A stretch of 64,000 nt of DNA, taken from assembly GCA_030265395.1 (NCBI GenBank), contig JARFYF010000056.1, positions 19,461,595-19,525,594 of the forward strand. Reading direction: 5' to 3'. The position numbers and the translations under genes are program-made. Each line of letters starts with the position of its first letter. Position 1 is the first letter of the stretch. Below, one piece after another: positions 13,265-27,248 of this stretch. The notes under the pieces were generated by a model, which was not told the DNA's origin, did no database searches, and saw only the letters and a list, made by a program, of their open reading frames with translations. This DNA is from Rhina ancylostomus. Lineage: Eukaryota.

Positions 13265-14100
13265 CGGAGTAAAATTTCAAAATGTGCCGATGACACCAAA
13301 CTTGGAGTTGTGTCAAACAGTTATAACAGTACCAATCAACCGCAAAATGACGTGGGCAGGCTACTGGAATGGCTGCATACATGGCAGATGTACGGAATTT
13401 AATCTGTGTGAGGTGATGCATTTTGGAAATAGGGATGGGTGGAGGCAGCATAGTAGAGTTCCAAAAAGGAACCCAAGGATTAGTGTACACAGATCATTGA
13501 AGGAGGCTGGACATATTGAGCACATGGGATACTGGACTTGTTAAATAAAGACATTGAATACGAAGGCAGAGGAACCATGTTAAACCTTTACAATGCCACA
13601 TCAGGAGAATTATGTTCAATTCTGGTCACTACACTATAGGAAGGACTAGAAAGTGCTTGAGTGGCTGAAAAGGATTAATCGGTATAGTTCCCGGTCTGAG
13701 GGATTTTAGCTACAACGTTAGGTCAAAGAATTTGAACTTTTTTCCTTGAAACAAAGGAGGTTCGGGGAGATTTGATTAAGTGCACAAGACTGTGAAGAGG
13801 TTTGAATAAGGACGGCAAAAATCTGTTCCTATTATTTGATGGTGATACAAAAACTGGGATTTAACATTCTGAGAAAGATACAGGAAAGGCATAAAGAACA
13901 TTCTTTTTTCCAGATGAGTTATAATAACTTGGAACTGGTTATCTGTGAGGGTGGTGGAAGTGAAGACAACTAATGATTTCTGAAGGAAATTGGAAAGACA
14001 CTTGTGGCAGTAAACCTACAGGAATTGAGTAGGGACACAATACTGACTGGAATGCACTTCAGAGTGCTAGCGCAGACTTAATAAGTCTAACAGCTGTCTC
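13265..14100 (+). mobile_element. Decayed CR1 LINE 3' region
   Basis: ISKCADDTKLG...WQM RT remnant, followed by CEVMHFG and the typical TTCTGGTCAC..CACTATAGGAAGGA segment. Confidence 0.75.
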
Positions 14101-14528
14101 CCGTGTCATTAATATCTATGCCTTTACTCCACCTGACTGCTGCTCAGTGACTCGCATGGTTACTGACAGAGGTAGAACCAGGGTTTCTGCTCACAAACTC
14201 TAGGAGAAAATGTGAATGAGTCAAAGTACAATTTAAGCTACAACATCTGACCCAAGGGAATACCTTGCCAATGCCCACTATTTCAGCTCACCTACAACAA
14301 CTAACCAAGGCGGCAAGATGTCAGGGAGAGAATGAGTTGAGATGCCCCACCAGCATTTAATACATTGGCTTGTTGAGTGCCACTGTGTGGCTAGACCCCA
14401 ATGAACTTGGGGTCCCAATGAACTAGACCCCAATGAACTCAGCCATGGCTGGCGAGAGCAGGGTGGATTTCTACTGTTCCCTGCTTACTTGTCCCACAAT
14501 ATTATGATCAGGCTTGACAATCACTTAC

Positions 14529-14575
14529 CAATCAGTGTTTTAAGGCATTGCCCTGATGCAGTGTCCCAAATTCGG
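14529..14575 (-). CDS. WDR5: WDR5 coding exon 8
   Basis: (C)RIWDTASGQCLKTLI(D); CAG acceptor; GTAAGT donor. Confidence 0.97.
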
Positions 14576-15285
14576 CTGCAAAAACAGAAATAGCTATTTA
14601 AAAACAATCTCTGACCTAAGTGTATATCTTTCCTTCAGATGTTGACCAACATTCTAATTTTGGCCACTGAATAAGTGTGGGACTCCGGTATTTCCAGTGG
14701 GAGAAAACTACAGGGGACAGATTCTGGATAACTGAGCAAAGAACCCAAAGGAGAGTTAGGAAGAATCAATATAGTTTTCAAAAACATTTATCTTTTTGGG
14801 AGTTTGATGCAAATTCAAGAACATTCAAAAGAGAACTGGATAAACACTTGATTTTGACGGCAGGGGTAGATGGGAACTTTGGAGCTGTGGGGAAAGTTGG
14901 GGCTGTGGAACTAATTAGATACCTCTACCAAAAAGCAAGACAAACCAACTGGTTTCCACCCTTACTGAAGTATTTTTAAGATTCTATGAGGTTCTGCTAA
15001 AATTCTTTCAAATGACTAAAATTATTCTGCATTCAATTGGAAACTTCAATACTAAACATACTACACAACCTGGAGCAGTCAAGGGCACCACATGCTGCTT
15101 CTTTATCTTTGTGCGTCAGAATAAGTGAAAAGGAACTTCAGACTTTCATTGGTGCTGCTTGCGAGGCAACACTCCTCAGGGGTGTGTAATTACTCCGAAA
15201 TCGCAATAGTAATTACACCTCAAAAATGCTCTATTAACCACAAAAGTGTTCAGCTGTAGAAAATGACTATGTAAATAAGATGATA

Positions 15286-15461
15286 TTTATTTATTTGTCA
15301 CATGTACATCAAAATATACGGTAAAATGTATCTTTTTCCATTACTGAGAATGTGCTGGGGACAGCCCGTATCACCACTCTCTGGCGCCAACATAGCATGC
15401 CCACAGCTCTGAACCTGTATGTCTTTGGAATGCAGGAGGAAACCTGAGCACCCGGAGGAAA
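15286..15461 (-). mobile_element. V-SINE 3' fragment
   Basis: Reverse complement matches the SINEs at 30392-30680 and 47850-48160. Confidence 0.75.
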
Positions 15462-15556
15462 CTTCTTTCCCCTTTATTGTGGCCCAGATTCCGGTCACTT
15501 TAATGTCTCTTATCAGTTAGCAAAATATGAACCAGGCAAAATTCAGAAACACTTAC

Positions 15557-15612
15557 CACAGGCCATCGTAACTACTGGAGACAATGAGGGATCCATCTCT
15601 GTTAAAATGTAC
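15557..15612 (-). CDS. WDR5: WDR5 coding exon 7
   Basis: VHFNRDGSLIVSSSYDGL(C); CAG acceptor; GTAAGT donor. Confidence 0.97.
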
Positions 15613-15779
15613 CTGAGAGGATGAATTCAACATACACCTCGTCATACAAACAGCTAAGAGAGCATCACTGTGCCACATGAACTTCCCTATTTCCACATCC
15701 ACATATTTCTCTCTAACAATATCTAGTTCGTGATAAAGTAAACCTGTGCTGTGGGAGGGATGATGCTATAATGAGGTGA

Positions 15780-16278
15780 ATTGATAAGGTACCCCATGTG
15801 AGGCTTATGGAGAAGGTGAGGAGACATGGGATCCAAGGGGATATTGGAGTGTGGATCCAGAACTGGCTGGCCACAGAAGGCAAAGAGTGGTTGTTGGAGG
15901 GTCGTATTCTGAGTGGAGGTCGGTGACCAGTGGTGTACCTCAGGGATCTGTACTGGGACCCTTACTCTTTGTGANNNNNNNNNNNNNNNNNNNNNNNNNN
16001 NNNNNNNNNNNNNNNNNNNNNNNNNNNNNNNNNNNNNNNNNNNNNNNNNNNNNNNNNNNNNNNNNNNNNNNNNNAATGGTGAGTGCATGGAATGAGCTGC
16101 CGGCAACGGTGGTGGAGGTGATACGATAGGGGCTTTCAAGAGACTGTTAGATAGGTACATGGAGCTGAGTAAAATAGAGGGCTAAGGGTAAGCCTAGTAA
16201 TTTCTAGGTTAGGGACATGTTCAGCACAGCTTGTGGGCCTAAGGGCCTGAACTGTACTGTAGTCTTTCTATGTTCTAT
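15780..16278 (+). mobile_element. CR1 LINE RT and 3' end (interrupted by a gap)
   Basis: QRVVVGGSYSEWRSVTSGVPQGSVLGPLLF RT motif; tail TTCTATGTTCTATG. Confidence 0.88.
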
Positions 16279-16867
16279 GAATTTTCCATAACGTAATAAT
16301 GGTAATTATTTTACAAACAGGGGCAAGCCAAGGCTGAAGTTATGATGAATCTATACAAACCAATGGTATCTTCAATGTTAGAGCATGCAGCTTAGGCAGA
16401 AATAGAGTTTTAAAGCCATAGCTGGTAGATGCAGAGCGATGTTCCTGAGGATGGGCAATCCTAGTTAAAAACAGGCTNNNNNNNNNNTCAACTGGTGAAA
16501 AAAATAATTTAGCACTGGCAAATTCATGTTATGGGAAGGACTGAAATCAGGTGAATTGGAAAAACTTTCGTTATCTAGCTGGGGACTTGGTGAGAAGAGA
16601 CCAAAAGATTAGTGGCATTGAGGGGGTAAAATCAGGAAAAATTGCTTCTCAGAAGGTCACTGTACTAGAATACTTTGCCATAGGAAGAGGCTGTTGAATC
16701 TTTTCATATACAACTGATGTAGAAAGTGATAACTGGAAACAGAGGGGATGTGGTGGAAACAGAAAGTGGGATTGGGAACGGGAAGATTGGGAAGGCTGCA
16801 ACTCCAAGTCTGAGGTGGATGCAGGCAATACAAAGCAAGTGACACAATGGGATTGTGTAAGGTAGAC

Positions 16868-17161
16868 AGAGCAAAACTTCAATTAGCCACTAACCTGTTA
16901 TTCAGAAATCCTGATGGTTTGGCAACTGGCTCAGCATATGGCTTTCCACCTCACCCCCCCCCCCCCGCCCCCATTTCACCAATTGTTCCCCAAACAATCA
17001 CTGGGTCCACTGGCAAATGCATTAAAATACCGAGTAATGTCTAAAAATACTAATTAAAAATGAGTTGGGGTATCAAAAGGATTAAGATCAAATAATCTGG
17101 AAAACCTACCAGCCTGGCATGACCTAATTGCTGGGCGTGCCAGATTATTAGAATTTTACTG
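16868..17161. mobile_element. Degenerate TcMar/Tigger-like MITE
   Basis: Right end GCCAGATTATTAGAATTTTACTG resembles the TIR of the element at 47206-47618. Confidence 0.4.
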
Positions 17162-17718
17162 CATATGATTACTGGGAGAAAATGGGGCAGTGGAATTAGT
17201 GTGGCATTGATGCAAGGTTATACGAAAACAGAAAGTTTAGGATTGATACAAGAATCTGACACAATTGGGGGTCCGACAATTGATATAAGAAGGTGAGGAA
17301 CATGCATGTCAACAGAATGAGTCTGGGGTTGATATGAGGCTTTGTGGAGAGTATGAGGTACTTTGGGATTGATACAGGGCTGTGGGGAGTGCCTGTGTGT
17401 GCGCGTGGCTGCACATGTGTGTGTTGCGGGGGGGGGGGGGGTGGTTGGGCGGGGNNNNNNNNNNNNNNNNNNNNNNNNNNNNNNNNNNNNNNNNNNNNNN
17501 NNNNNNNNNNNNNNNNNNNNNNNNNNNNNNNNNNNNNNNNNNNNNNNNNNNNNNGGCAGGGGAGGAAATTATCTGGGATTATGTGAGCTGTCAATTTGAG
17601 AATGAGATAGGTCCATGAATTTTTTTCCTGCCCTGTAAAACTCTCTGGATCAAAGTAATACCTTACATGTAAAGTTCAACACGAAGCTAAAACCCAAATA
17701 TTTTCAGCTTCTGATTTA

Positions 17719-17844
<126 letters not shown>

Positions 17845-18902
17845 TTACAAATGAAAAGCAAAATTTAAGATTAACCAAGGAATGCAAACTGAGCAGTTGA
17901 AAAGCTGGGGCACTTATCTACACTGTGAGAGTAGATCAACAATTACAGAGCACCTTAATATGGGAAAACTTTCAAGGGGTTTCAGGAACTTTACCAGAGA
18001 TTGGAGGAGTAGGAAAAATTGAAGGACTAAAAGGGAATTCAGAAACATCCGTACACATTTTTCATCTCTAATGTGAAAAATAATTGGCTTTAAAAATAAA
18101 AAGTTGTTTTGATTCAACAGCTTTACCTCTGTACTGAATCAGAACAATTGAGCTCCAGCACCAAGAATCAGTCTTGGTTTAGCTGGTAGCGGTCCCATAC
18201 AAATGTTTCCCAATGGGTGAAAGTCTCCAGGTCAGGGACATGAAGAGAAAGCCCAGGCTAACACTCCCAGCACAATGCAGAAGGTATGCTGCACCTCCAG
18301 AGGAAGCAGGCTGAGGGACTGATGCACTCTCAGAGCTAACACCTTTTGAAGGAAACACTAAATGCATGTGAATTTAAAAGACTCTGCAGTATTTTCCAGA
18401 GTTTGAAAAACTGTAGAAAGTCAGAAAGTTGAAAAAAGTCAGCAAGAGGTACACCATGTGAGACCCTGGACTTAAATCAAGGACACGAATCTCAGAATCA
18501 AATGGCAGCCACCCCAACACAGAGTTAATGATTTAAATAATAACAAGTAAAGAGGATGAGGTACAAATTACAATGGGTCAGACTTCAGGATAAGCTGAAA
18601 CCAGGACTACTTTGAGAACTTGTACTGCAAGGAGCACAGGCATCATTGACTATGTAAACCAGCACAGGGTCAGTGCCCATGGGGGGTGGGGGGCACACTC
18701 GGCAAAGGGTCAGTGCCCGATGGAGGAAGGGCCACACCCAAGGGTCAGTGCCTGCAAGCATTCACATTAAGAAAAGTGTCCATACAACCGAAATCCCCGA
18801 GGGTCACAACCTTCCCCAAACAAGTAACTACACTCTCAACAATCAGGATCAATACTTGTGTATTTGCAGATTAACACCCAAAATAGTGAGAAGAAACTTC
18901 TA

Positions 18903-19019
<117 letters not shown>

Positions 19020-19184
19020 TCACAGTCACAGCTAGAGGTTAATTCAATGTGCTAACAGGATACTTACATTTTTACAGTCCATTTCACAACCCTACTCCTA
19101 AAGCACTACACAACCAAATGAAGTGCTTTTTGATACAAAGTCACTGCTGCAATATTGGAAGCTCAGCTCCCTTTCTCATGTTTA

Positions 19185-19705
19185 TCATAACTACTCGAGG
19201 ATTATTTTCTTACTGATGCTAGATTAGCTCCACTTACTATGGACTGTAAATACAATGCAATTGCCATTTCTGATCATGCACCATTGATTTTAAGGAAGGG
19301 AATAGTTGCTTTTGTGATCTATTTATTGATAACTGTTTTTCATCTTTTGAACAATTGTCTAACAAATACAAGTTGCCTAGATCACACTTTTTTCGATATC
19401 TGCAGATTAGAAACTTTTTAAAAGCTACTATACCCTCTTTTCCGACACCTTACAAAATTGATACTATGTAAAAAATTTTAGGTCTTAATCCTTACCAGAA
19501 TGGCTTGATAACAATAATCTATGGTTTAATTATGAAAATACGTCCAGAGTCACTGGACAAAATTAAGAATCAATGGCAAAGCGAACTCCAGATATCTATA
19601 CCTACAGAGACATGGAAGAAAATTCTTTATTTAGTTAATACATCTTCAATGTGTGCCAGACACTCGTTGATACAGTTTAAGGTAGTTCACAGGACCCACA
19701 TGTCC
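19185..19705 (+). mobile_element. L1-clade LINE ORF2 fragment, internally deleted
   Basis: Endonuclease C-terminal motif YSR..YFL...YNAIAISDHAPL, then the post-RT motif SSMCARHSLIQFKVVHR. Confidence 0.7.
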
Positions 19706-20774
19706 NNNNNNNNNNNNNNNNNNNNNNNNNNNNNNNNNNNNNNNNNNNNNNNNNNNNNNNNNNNNNNNNNNNNNNNNNNNNNNNNNNNNNNNNNNNNNNN
19801 NNNNNAAACAGCAACTCATCCAGAACAAACTGCAGGAATTGAAATCGAGCTTCTCATGATTCTAGCCATAGCACGTTTACAACATCAGTCCCAGAGCAAC
19901 ACTGTGCATTGACATGGCATTCCCAGGATATCATTCACTGGCACTTCACAAGGGTGGTATCAGAGAACAAACTATGTTCTCCTGGCTTTGTTCCAGATGT
20001 GAACAGTATGGCTTAACTTGAAATAGTGGTGAAAATGGTGTTACTGGCAAAGGACTTGAGCTCACGTTCATGGCACCCAACAAGCNNNNNNNNNNAGCCG
20101 ACAAAAGTCTGAGAGGCTTCTCGTGACAGAATAAAAGGATGTGAGTGGTGGGAGAGAAAACTGGAGGGAGGGGGCAATGTAGATAGTGTAATGCTTGTGG
20201 CCAGAAGGATAATTAGGCAGAATGCAGCAGAGCACTGGTACCTCACAGTATGACCAAACAGCCCATTTCTGAATCAAAAGCACTATACATGGAATTGGAG
20301 TCATTCAGTTCAGATTGTTACCTGGTTCCAAGTTCTTTCCCTATAAAAAAAAATGTTGAATATTTCGTTCATCACCATTTGCAGCTGTCCATAAGTCTCA
20401 AGATTCACTCAGTAGCAGACATTTAAGGCTTAGACTGTCAGTATTGTAGTAAACTAATGAACTGCACTATCAAACCACACCTTTGTGAGAATTTGCAGAA
20501 CCATGGAAGGGTGAGAAATGGGTCGGGAAATACTGAGCATGGATAACCTGCCAGGAACATTTTTAAGGTGAACTAAAGTGGAGGGTGAGAAGGAGTATTG
20601 GTGGTGTCTGGAGGAAAGAGTTTTAAAAGGCAAGATGGTAAAATAAATAAAGTAAACCACATTTCTTCTCAATAATTCAGTCACTCAATAAATTACAAGC
20701 CAATTCACTGCTTGCCTCAGCCTCAGGGTAACCAGTGAAGACTAACTTTTAGCTAGGCTGCAGTCCCCAACTCA

Positions 20775-20894
<120 letters not shown>

Positions 20895-21524
20895 CTATTT
20901 TTAAAACAAAAAAAGAGGAATATGAACACTGAAAAAGACAGTTTCTTGTTTTGAAAACAATAGGACACCACAATGGCAAGAATACAATGATCTCCTTAGG
21001 CTCACTCACTCCCAGAACATTGTCACATCCTTAAGAGGTTCATTTGCTACTTTGTGTACAAATTACAGACAGCAATGAGATAATTAAGTTATCCAATAGG
21101 TTAGCTTAAAACAGTTTGGCAGGGTACTGGAATGAAATTCATGATAGTCTTGGATGGGTTTGGCATTCATGCCCATAAATTCATCCGGCATGGTATGCAA
21201 GGTTGTAGGCACAAGTACACGTGGAATTATGATGTATTGACAATAACAGGAACCTGGCTCAGACAGGTGGTGAAACCAGAAATGAATACACCTGGCATTC
21301 AAGAAATACAGGGAAGAAAAAGAAATCAGGACATCACAGAACTGATCAAAGGTAAATATGACCCATACATGACTCATATCTGTGCCAATGCTACTTACTT
21401 TACTGTCTATTTCACTATTACAACATTGTCTGATTCTCTCTTGCCTGTATCAACTAATACAGCAATTTGGTCCCCAAATCTGTGCTGAGTGACGAGCAGC
21501 CTACTTTACACTAACCTTAAACTA

Positions 21525-21765
21525 AACCCGCTTTATTCTCTCCCCATTCCCATCAACTCCCCGCAGATTCTCCCACTCAACGACATGAGGGGCAATTTAC
21601 AATGACCAATTAACTTAACAAGCCACACATCTTTGGCACTTGGGAAGAAACCTACAAAGTCACAGAGACAACGTTCAAACTCCACACAGGCAGCACTAGA
21701 AGATCAGGAATGAATGCAGATCGCTGGAGCTGTGAGGTAGTGATTCTATTAACTGTGCTGCTGTG
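21525..21765 (-). mobile_element. V-SINE / HE1-like SINE
   Basis: Reverse complement of the SINE core (GGGCAATTTAC...CTTTGG...AAACTCCACACAG). Confidence 0.65.
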
Positions 21766-22779
21766 GCTTTACAGGTAGCAGTCACCTTACTTAGGCTCCC
21801 ATTTTCATTTTAGAGATTCAAGCATGAAAGTCTAGGCTGAAACTTTAAGCTAGTAATGATGTAGTGCAATGCAGCTGGAGATCCTGCCTTCCTGACAAGC
21901 CATTGAACCAAGGTTATCCAGGTGGACATAAAAGATGGTATTATTTAAAAACAAAAGCAGGGAAGTTAGTCCCAGCAGCCTAGGAAATACTTAATCCTAA
22001 ATCAAAAAAATATTAGCTGGTCATTATCACATCACTGATTATGGAATAAGTTGTGTGCAAATTGGTTGCTGTATTTCCAACATTATACTAGTGTAATGAC
22101 TACATTTTACAAAGTATTTTGTTGCCTCTAATGTTAAAGTGCCCCAAGGTCACAAGAAGTGCTTTAAAAAATTAAGTCAATTTTTCTTTAATTTGCTGAT
22201 TAAAATCTCATTTATACCTCTGTTGCCTTGCACTCCTCACCAGTCTCCCTCATACTATTCTATATTAACTTGAGACCCTGCAAAATCTTGTGCCCAAGTC
22301 GTGCTCACTGACCTATACTTTCTCCCTGTTAAGCAATGTGTTGATTTTAAAATTCTCATTTCTGTTTCCAGCCCTCTCCCCAACACCTTCCAGCCCCATA
22401 ACCTTCATATCCAGCAAAACGTTACTTGCACTTCTTCAATTCTATTCTTTGGAACATTCACAAATTTAATCCCTTCAGTTGCCAAGGTCCAAAGCTATTC
22501 CCTCTTTAAATCTCTGCTTCCATCTTTTTTTCCTCCCTTGAAATGTTCCTTATAACATCAAGCTTTTGGTCATCTGTTTTGACATGTCCTTATGTTGGTC
22601 GGCAGCAAATCTGATTAGACTCCTGTGAATAAACTCAGGATGTTTGGATACATTAATGGTGCTATATTGCTGTTGAAACAGATTATGTGCTTGAGGGTTT
22701 GGGGTTAAGATTTCTAAATTTGAGGATGTTACCAACTTTTCTTTTGGTGAGGAGATTCATTGCTGAGAAGGATGCAACA

Positions 22780-25235
22780 AATTACGGTGGCCTTTAATGA
22801 ACTTGAAGAGTGGCAGATAATTGACAGTGTTCAACTTAGATAAACGCAAAGTAGTACATTTTAGTAGGAAGATTAGGGAAGTCACTAATTACTTGGAAGG
22901 GGTGCTAGTTTAGTTGGAGTAGAAGAACAATGGGATCTCAGAGTACAAATGCACTAAATGTTGGGCCACAAGCAAGCACGACCGTATTATAAAAAGCATA
23001 TGGAGTCAATGGAGTGCTGCAGAGATTTTAAAGGATGAACGCTAAAATGCAAGGGTATATGCATCAGGAAAGGATGAACAGACTGGTCTCTTTCCTTCAG
23101 AAATATAGACTGAAGGGTTGCACAAAAGTCTCAAAAATGGCTTTGATACAGTGGATACAAAGAGAATGGTACCACTTGTGGAAGAGCATAACTACAGGCT
23201 TTCCATGTTAAAATAGTCACCAAGAAATTTAATAGGGAATTCAGAAGAAACTTTTTTACCTGAAGAATGGCGAGAATGTGAAACTTGTTACAATGGGGAC
23301 AGCTGAAGCAAGTAGCATTGATGTGTTTAAAGTGAGGCTGGACAAGATAGGGAAATTACGGGTTTTGTTGATAGATGTAAATAAAGATAGATGGGAAGAC
23401 TCAAGTGGAGCATAGACTCAGGTTGGCCTAGTGGCCATCTATCCTATATATGCGAAATAATAATTAAGGAACAACGGAAAAGCAATAATGCTAGCAGACT
23501 TCAAATGACAGGAAAGAGGAGCAGATAAGTTGCAGGAAGATGAAAGAACCAGGGTTAGCTTGGGACTTCAATTATTCTAACAGGCTGGTGAAAAAAGGAA
23601 CAATGTTTAGGGCAAATAAAAGGGAGAACAATTACTGAAATATAAAGCAGCGTACTTTATCAACATGCTCATAGCCCAACGAAGGGATGAATGCTGCAGA
23701 CAATTCTGGGGAAATTAATGATTTCATGGGAGTGCATTTGGGAATAGTGATCATAATTCCAAATTTAGAGTAAATATGGAAATGGACAAGAAAATACAAA
23801 TGTAGGGGTACTTAACTAGTGGAGGGCTAACTTCAGTGAGTTGAAAGGCGATAAGGCCTCGGTTCACTGGAATCAAAGACCGACAAGTAAAATAGTCAAT
23901 GAACCGTGGGAGGCCTTCAAAGAAATAACATGAGAACATATTAGAAAAATTTGGGGGCAATAGGAAGACCATCTAGAGCTCCCAAGCCAAAGTAAATTTA
24001 GGTCAAAAGGAAACAGGAAAAAGGATTATAACTGCCAGATTCATAGTACCCTATAGAGCCAAGCTGAACATGTGTGGAACATGAACGGAAACCCAAGTCT
24101 TCTATATTCATTAAGATGAATTGTGTAGTCGAAGGTGTGGATAAATATGGTCCACAAAAGAGATTTTGTAGAAGGAAACAGAGGATGTGGCTGAGATGCT
24201 GAATGAATAATTTGCAGCCATTGCTGAAGATACTTGTGCCAATGTCACAGTAAAACATAAGCAGAGGGAGAAAATGAATAAGAAAGATATACTGGCAACC
24301 CCACATTGCAGTCATTACGGGTTACGGAAAATCTCCCTTACAGAATTCACAAATCACTCATTGGAAATTTGAGATGTGGAATAAAATTTGCTCATAGAAT
24401 TCGTGTGGAAAAAAAATCAACGCAAAATTTAGCTTTTTTTCAATGCCTGTAGATAAAAAGGTAGTAAAGCTAAAGGGTACTCAAAAATAAGAAGGCTCAC
24501 ATGATCCTAAAGGTATGTATCCTAGGTTATTAGGGAGGTAAAGCCAGAAAGAGCAGGCACTCTCAAGACAATCCTTCAATCTTCCTTAGAAATGAGATGG
24601 ATAAATGTTACAGATATGTTCAAAATAAGGGGAGAGAGATTAACCAAATAGGTACACACCAATCTGTGTATACTGGGAAAACCTTAAGGCATAATCAAAG
24701 TGTCACTTGGAAATAATAGATTAATGAATGACAAAATGCAAATTTCCTCAGGACAAATTATGTCCAACAAACTTGATTGAATTGTCTTATGAAGTAACAG
24801 GAAGATGAAAATAAGTTGGTGCTGTTACTTTCAAAAGGTGTTTGATAAAGTTTTTTTTTCATTTACTTGTTCAGGGAACGTGGATATCAATTTAGTTGTG
24901 TTGAGGATTAAAAAACGAGGATTATTTTCATGAGAGCAAGGAGGTCAGTGGGAGATTTGACAGAAGCGTTCAAAATGATGGGTGGTTTTGATATCACAGA
25001 TGGGAAGAAGCTGCATTCACCATCGGGAGCCTCAGCAACCCAAGGAACAATATTGAAGTTGACTGGCAAAAGAGCCAAGTTATAATGATCTGCAGGAATG
25101 GTGGAAGGAGATTCACTTCTAACTCTCAAAGTGATACATGTATTTATTTGAAAAGAAAATTGTGGGTCAATGGAGAAAGGGGCAAAGAACTGACTTTGGC
25201 ATTATTAGTTAAATGTGCTCCTTTTGTGCTGTGAT
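22780..25235 (+). mobile_element. Cluster of old CR1 LINE fragments with a nested DNA-transposon remnant (about 24291-24450)
   Basis: Contains KVVHFSRK-like and TTTCAAAAGGTGTTTGATAAG (FQK.FDK) segments and typical CR1 3' ends. The nested piece shares GAATTCACAAATC...AAATTTGAGAT with 58173-58625. Confidence 0.6.
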
Positions 25236-25847
25236 TTTAACATGCAAAATTCCATTATATGGTTCATGGCAAATTTTGGCCAGTACACCAGGGAGAACAC
25301 TTCTTCCATTTGCACTCTATAGGATATTACTAATCCACCCCCCACCCTGAGGGGTTGAAATAATTTGAACATCTCGTCAATGGAACTCCCATGTACCAGT
25401 ATCAGAAAATCAGTGGAGATGATGTATTTGAACCCTTGAGTGGAGGATATTGACTAACACCTCATTTGCACATGGGGCCAAGAAGAGCATTGGCTGAGTT
25501 AAACAGCTAGGCAGTGAGTGTGCAACATACTTCCTGCACACACAGTAGGATGCAGGCACAAACTCTCAAGTCTATGCTACTCGAAGCCCTGCCATTTCAG
25601 TTGTGCCTTCTATCCTGACCAATCTCCAATATCTACCTCGCTGGTTCCTTGTCTGTCACTTGTCAAGTTTTCTGACACATTGAGCAGGAAGGGTCAGTGA
25701 TGACAATAACACAGATTAAGTGTGATACTGGCTATCTCACAATTTAACAATGCTACTCACAAGTTATCATTTGCACTTTACATAATGTTATTCTCAATAA
25801 CGTCCATTGGCATTGACAATGGTTGTATTAGTATTTCTCACACTCAC

Positions 25848-25921
25848 CAGTTTGTGTCCTGATATGGTTTTCTCAAACTTGCCATCATAAGCACCCCATA
25901 TTTTAATCATTTTATCAGCAG
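25848..25921 (-). CDS. WDR5: WDR5 coding exon 3
   Basis: (S)[24 protein letters not shown]; CAG acceptor; GTGAGT donor. Confidence 0.97.
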
Positions 25922-26226
25922 CTGTGGAGTAAGACGAAACAAATATCAGGTTCCAAACAGAGCAGATCTCATCACCCTCTTCTAACACCATCCATAGGTC
26001 CTGAGAAATGCTCTAATCGGTAAGTTCCCCTGATGGAAAATTTAGAAGAGGATTCAGCTCATCTGCAATTTCTCCTGTATCCCTGGCCTGAGGATAGGGA
26101 CGTACATGGTGCAGTGGTTAAACTACTAGATTAGCAGCCAGAGTTCTGGGCATTGATGTGTTCAAATCCCACCATGGCTCCTGGGGAATTTAAAATCAAG
26201 TAATTAAACAAAGCTAGAATTATCTG

Positions 26227-26535
26227 GGTGATACAGTGGTGAAGCCAGTAGAGCTGCTACCTTATAGCACCTGAGACCTGGGTTTAAACCCAAGTCAGGA
26301 GTATGCATGTTCTTCCTGTGACCATGTAGGTTTCCTCCCATTCCCAAAGATGTGCATGTGGTAGGTTAGTTGGCCATTAAAAGATGACCCTTGTGTGTAG
26401 GTGAGTGGAAGAATCTGGGGGGGAACCTATGGGAGGATAAAATTGGGATTAATGTAGAATCAGTGTAAATGGGTTGGCACAAATCTGGTGGGCCGAAGGA
26501 CCTATTTCCATGCTGTATCTCCCTCTGACTATGAT
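26227..26535 (+). mobile_element. V-SINE / HE1-like SINE
   Basis: tRNA-like head, TTTCCTCCCATTCCCAAAGATGTGC core and GGGCCGAAGGACCTATTTCC tail. Confidence 0.7.
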
Positions 26536-27131
26536 TCTGTCTGGGTACACTTTCAGAAGGTGCAAGAGAAGTCCATCAATCTGCTTTCACTGTCCTCTGA
26601 ATAGAATAGTGCCCCAATGGTTTTCTAGTACCGTGACAGCTGCTTTAATCACATTGCAGATACTCTTAGGACAAAATGAGGTGGCAGAAGTTGGGTAAAG
26701 ACCAGGGCCAGCCTAATTGGAATTCCTCTTGTAGATGAATAACCTGCCAAGTCTTTGTTTTGTTCTGCGCATGGAAAGCAGCCACGGTATTAGAAAGCCA
26801 ATAGGGCTCTATTTCATTCAGAGCCACCCCAGCTGAGTAGACCCATGCTAACTGAAGGCAACACATGCAAACACTCCTACAGATATTCATTAAGACCAGG
26901 TGGAACTGGCCATCTCAACACCTACTGAGAGTTGTAGCTGAGACCTTTCTGTCCATTTTAGTTCAACTATAACTGGCAGGGCAGGTTCTCTGGGCTGCCG
27001 TACTGATTGAGACAATTAGCCCCTGACCCCTAGGACTGATTCCCAAAAAAAAAATCAAACCCTACTCCAAATGCTTTTATGTTACACAATTATCTAAATG
27101 TATTTAATGAATCAAAAATGAAATGCGTTTA

Positions 27132-27248
<117 letters not shown>

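Noticed and set aside
14391-14440. CTAGACCCCAATGAACT repeated around an inverted GGGGTC
   Set aside because: Small local duplication/inversion scar with no further support for function.
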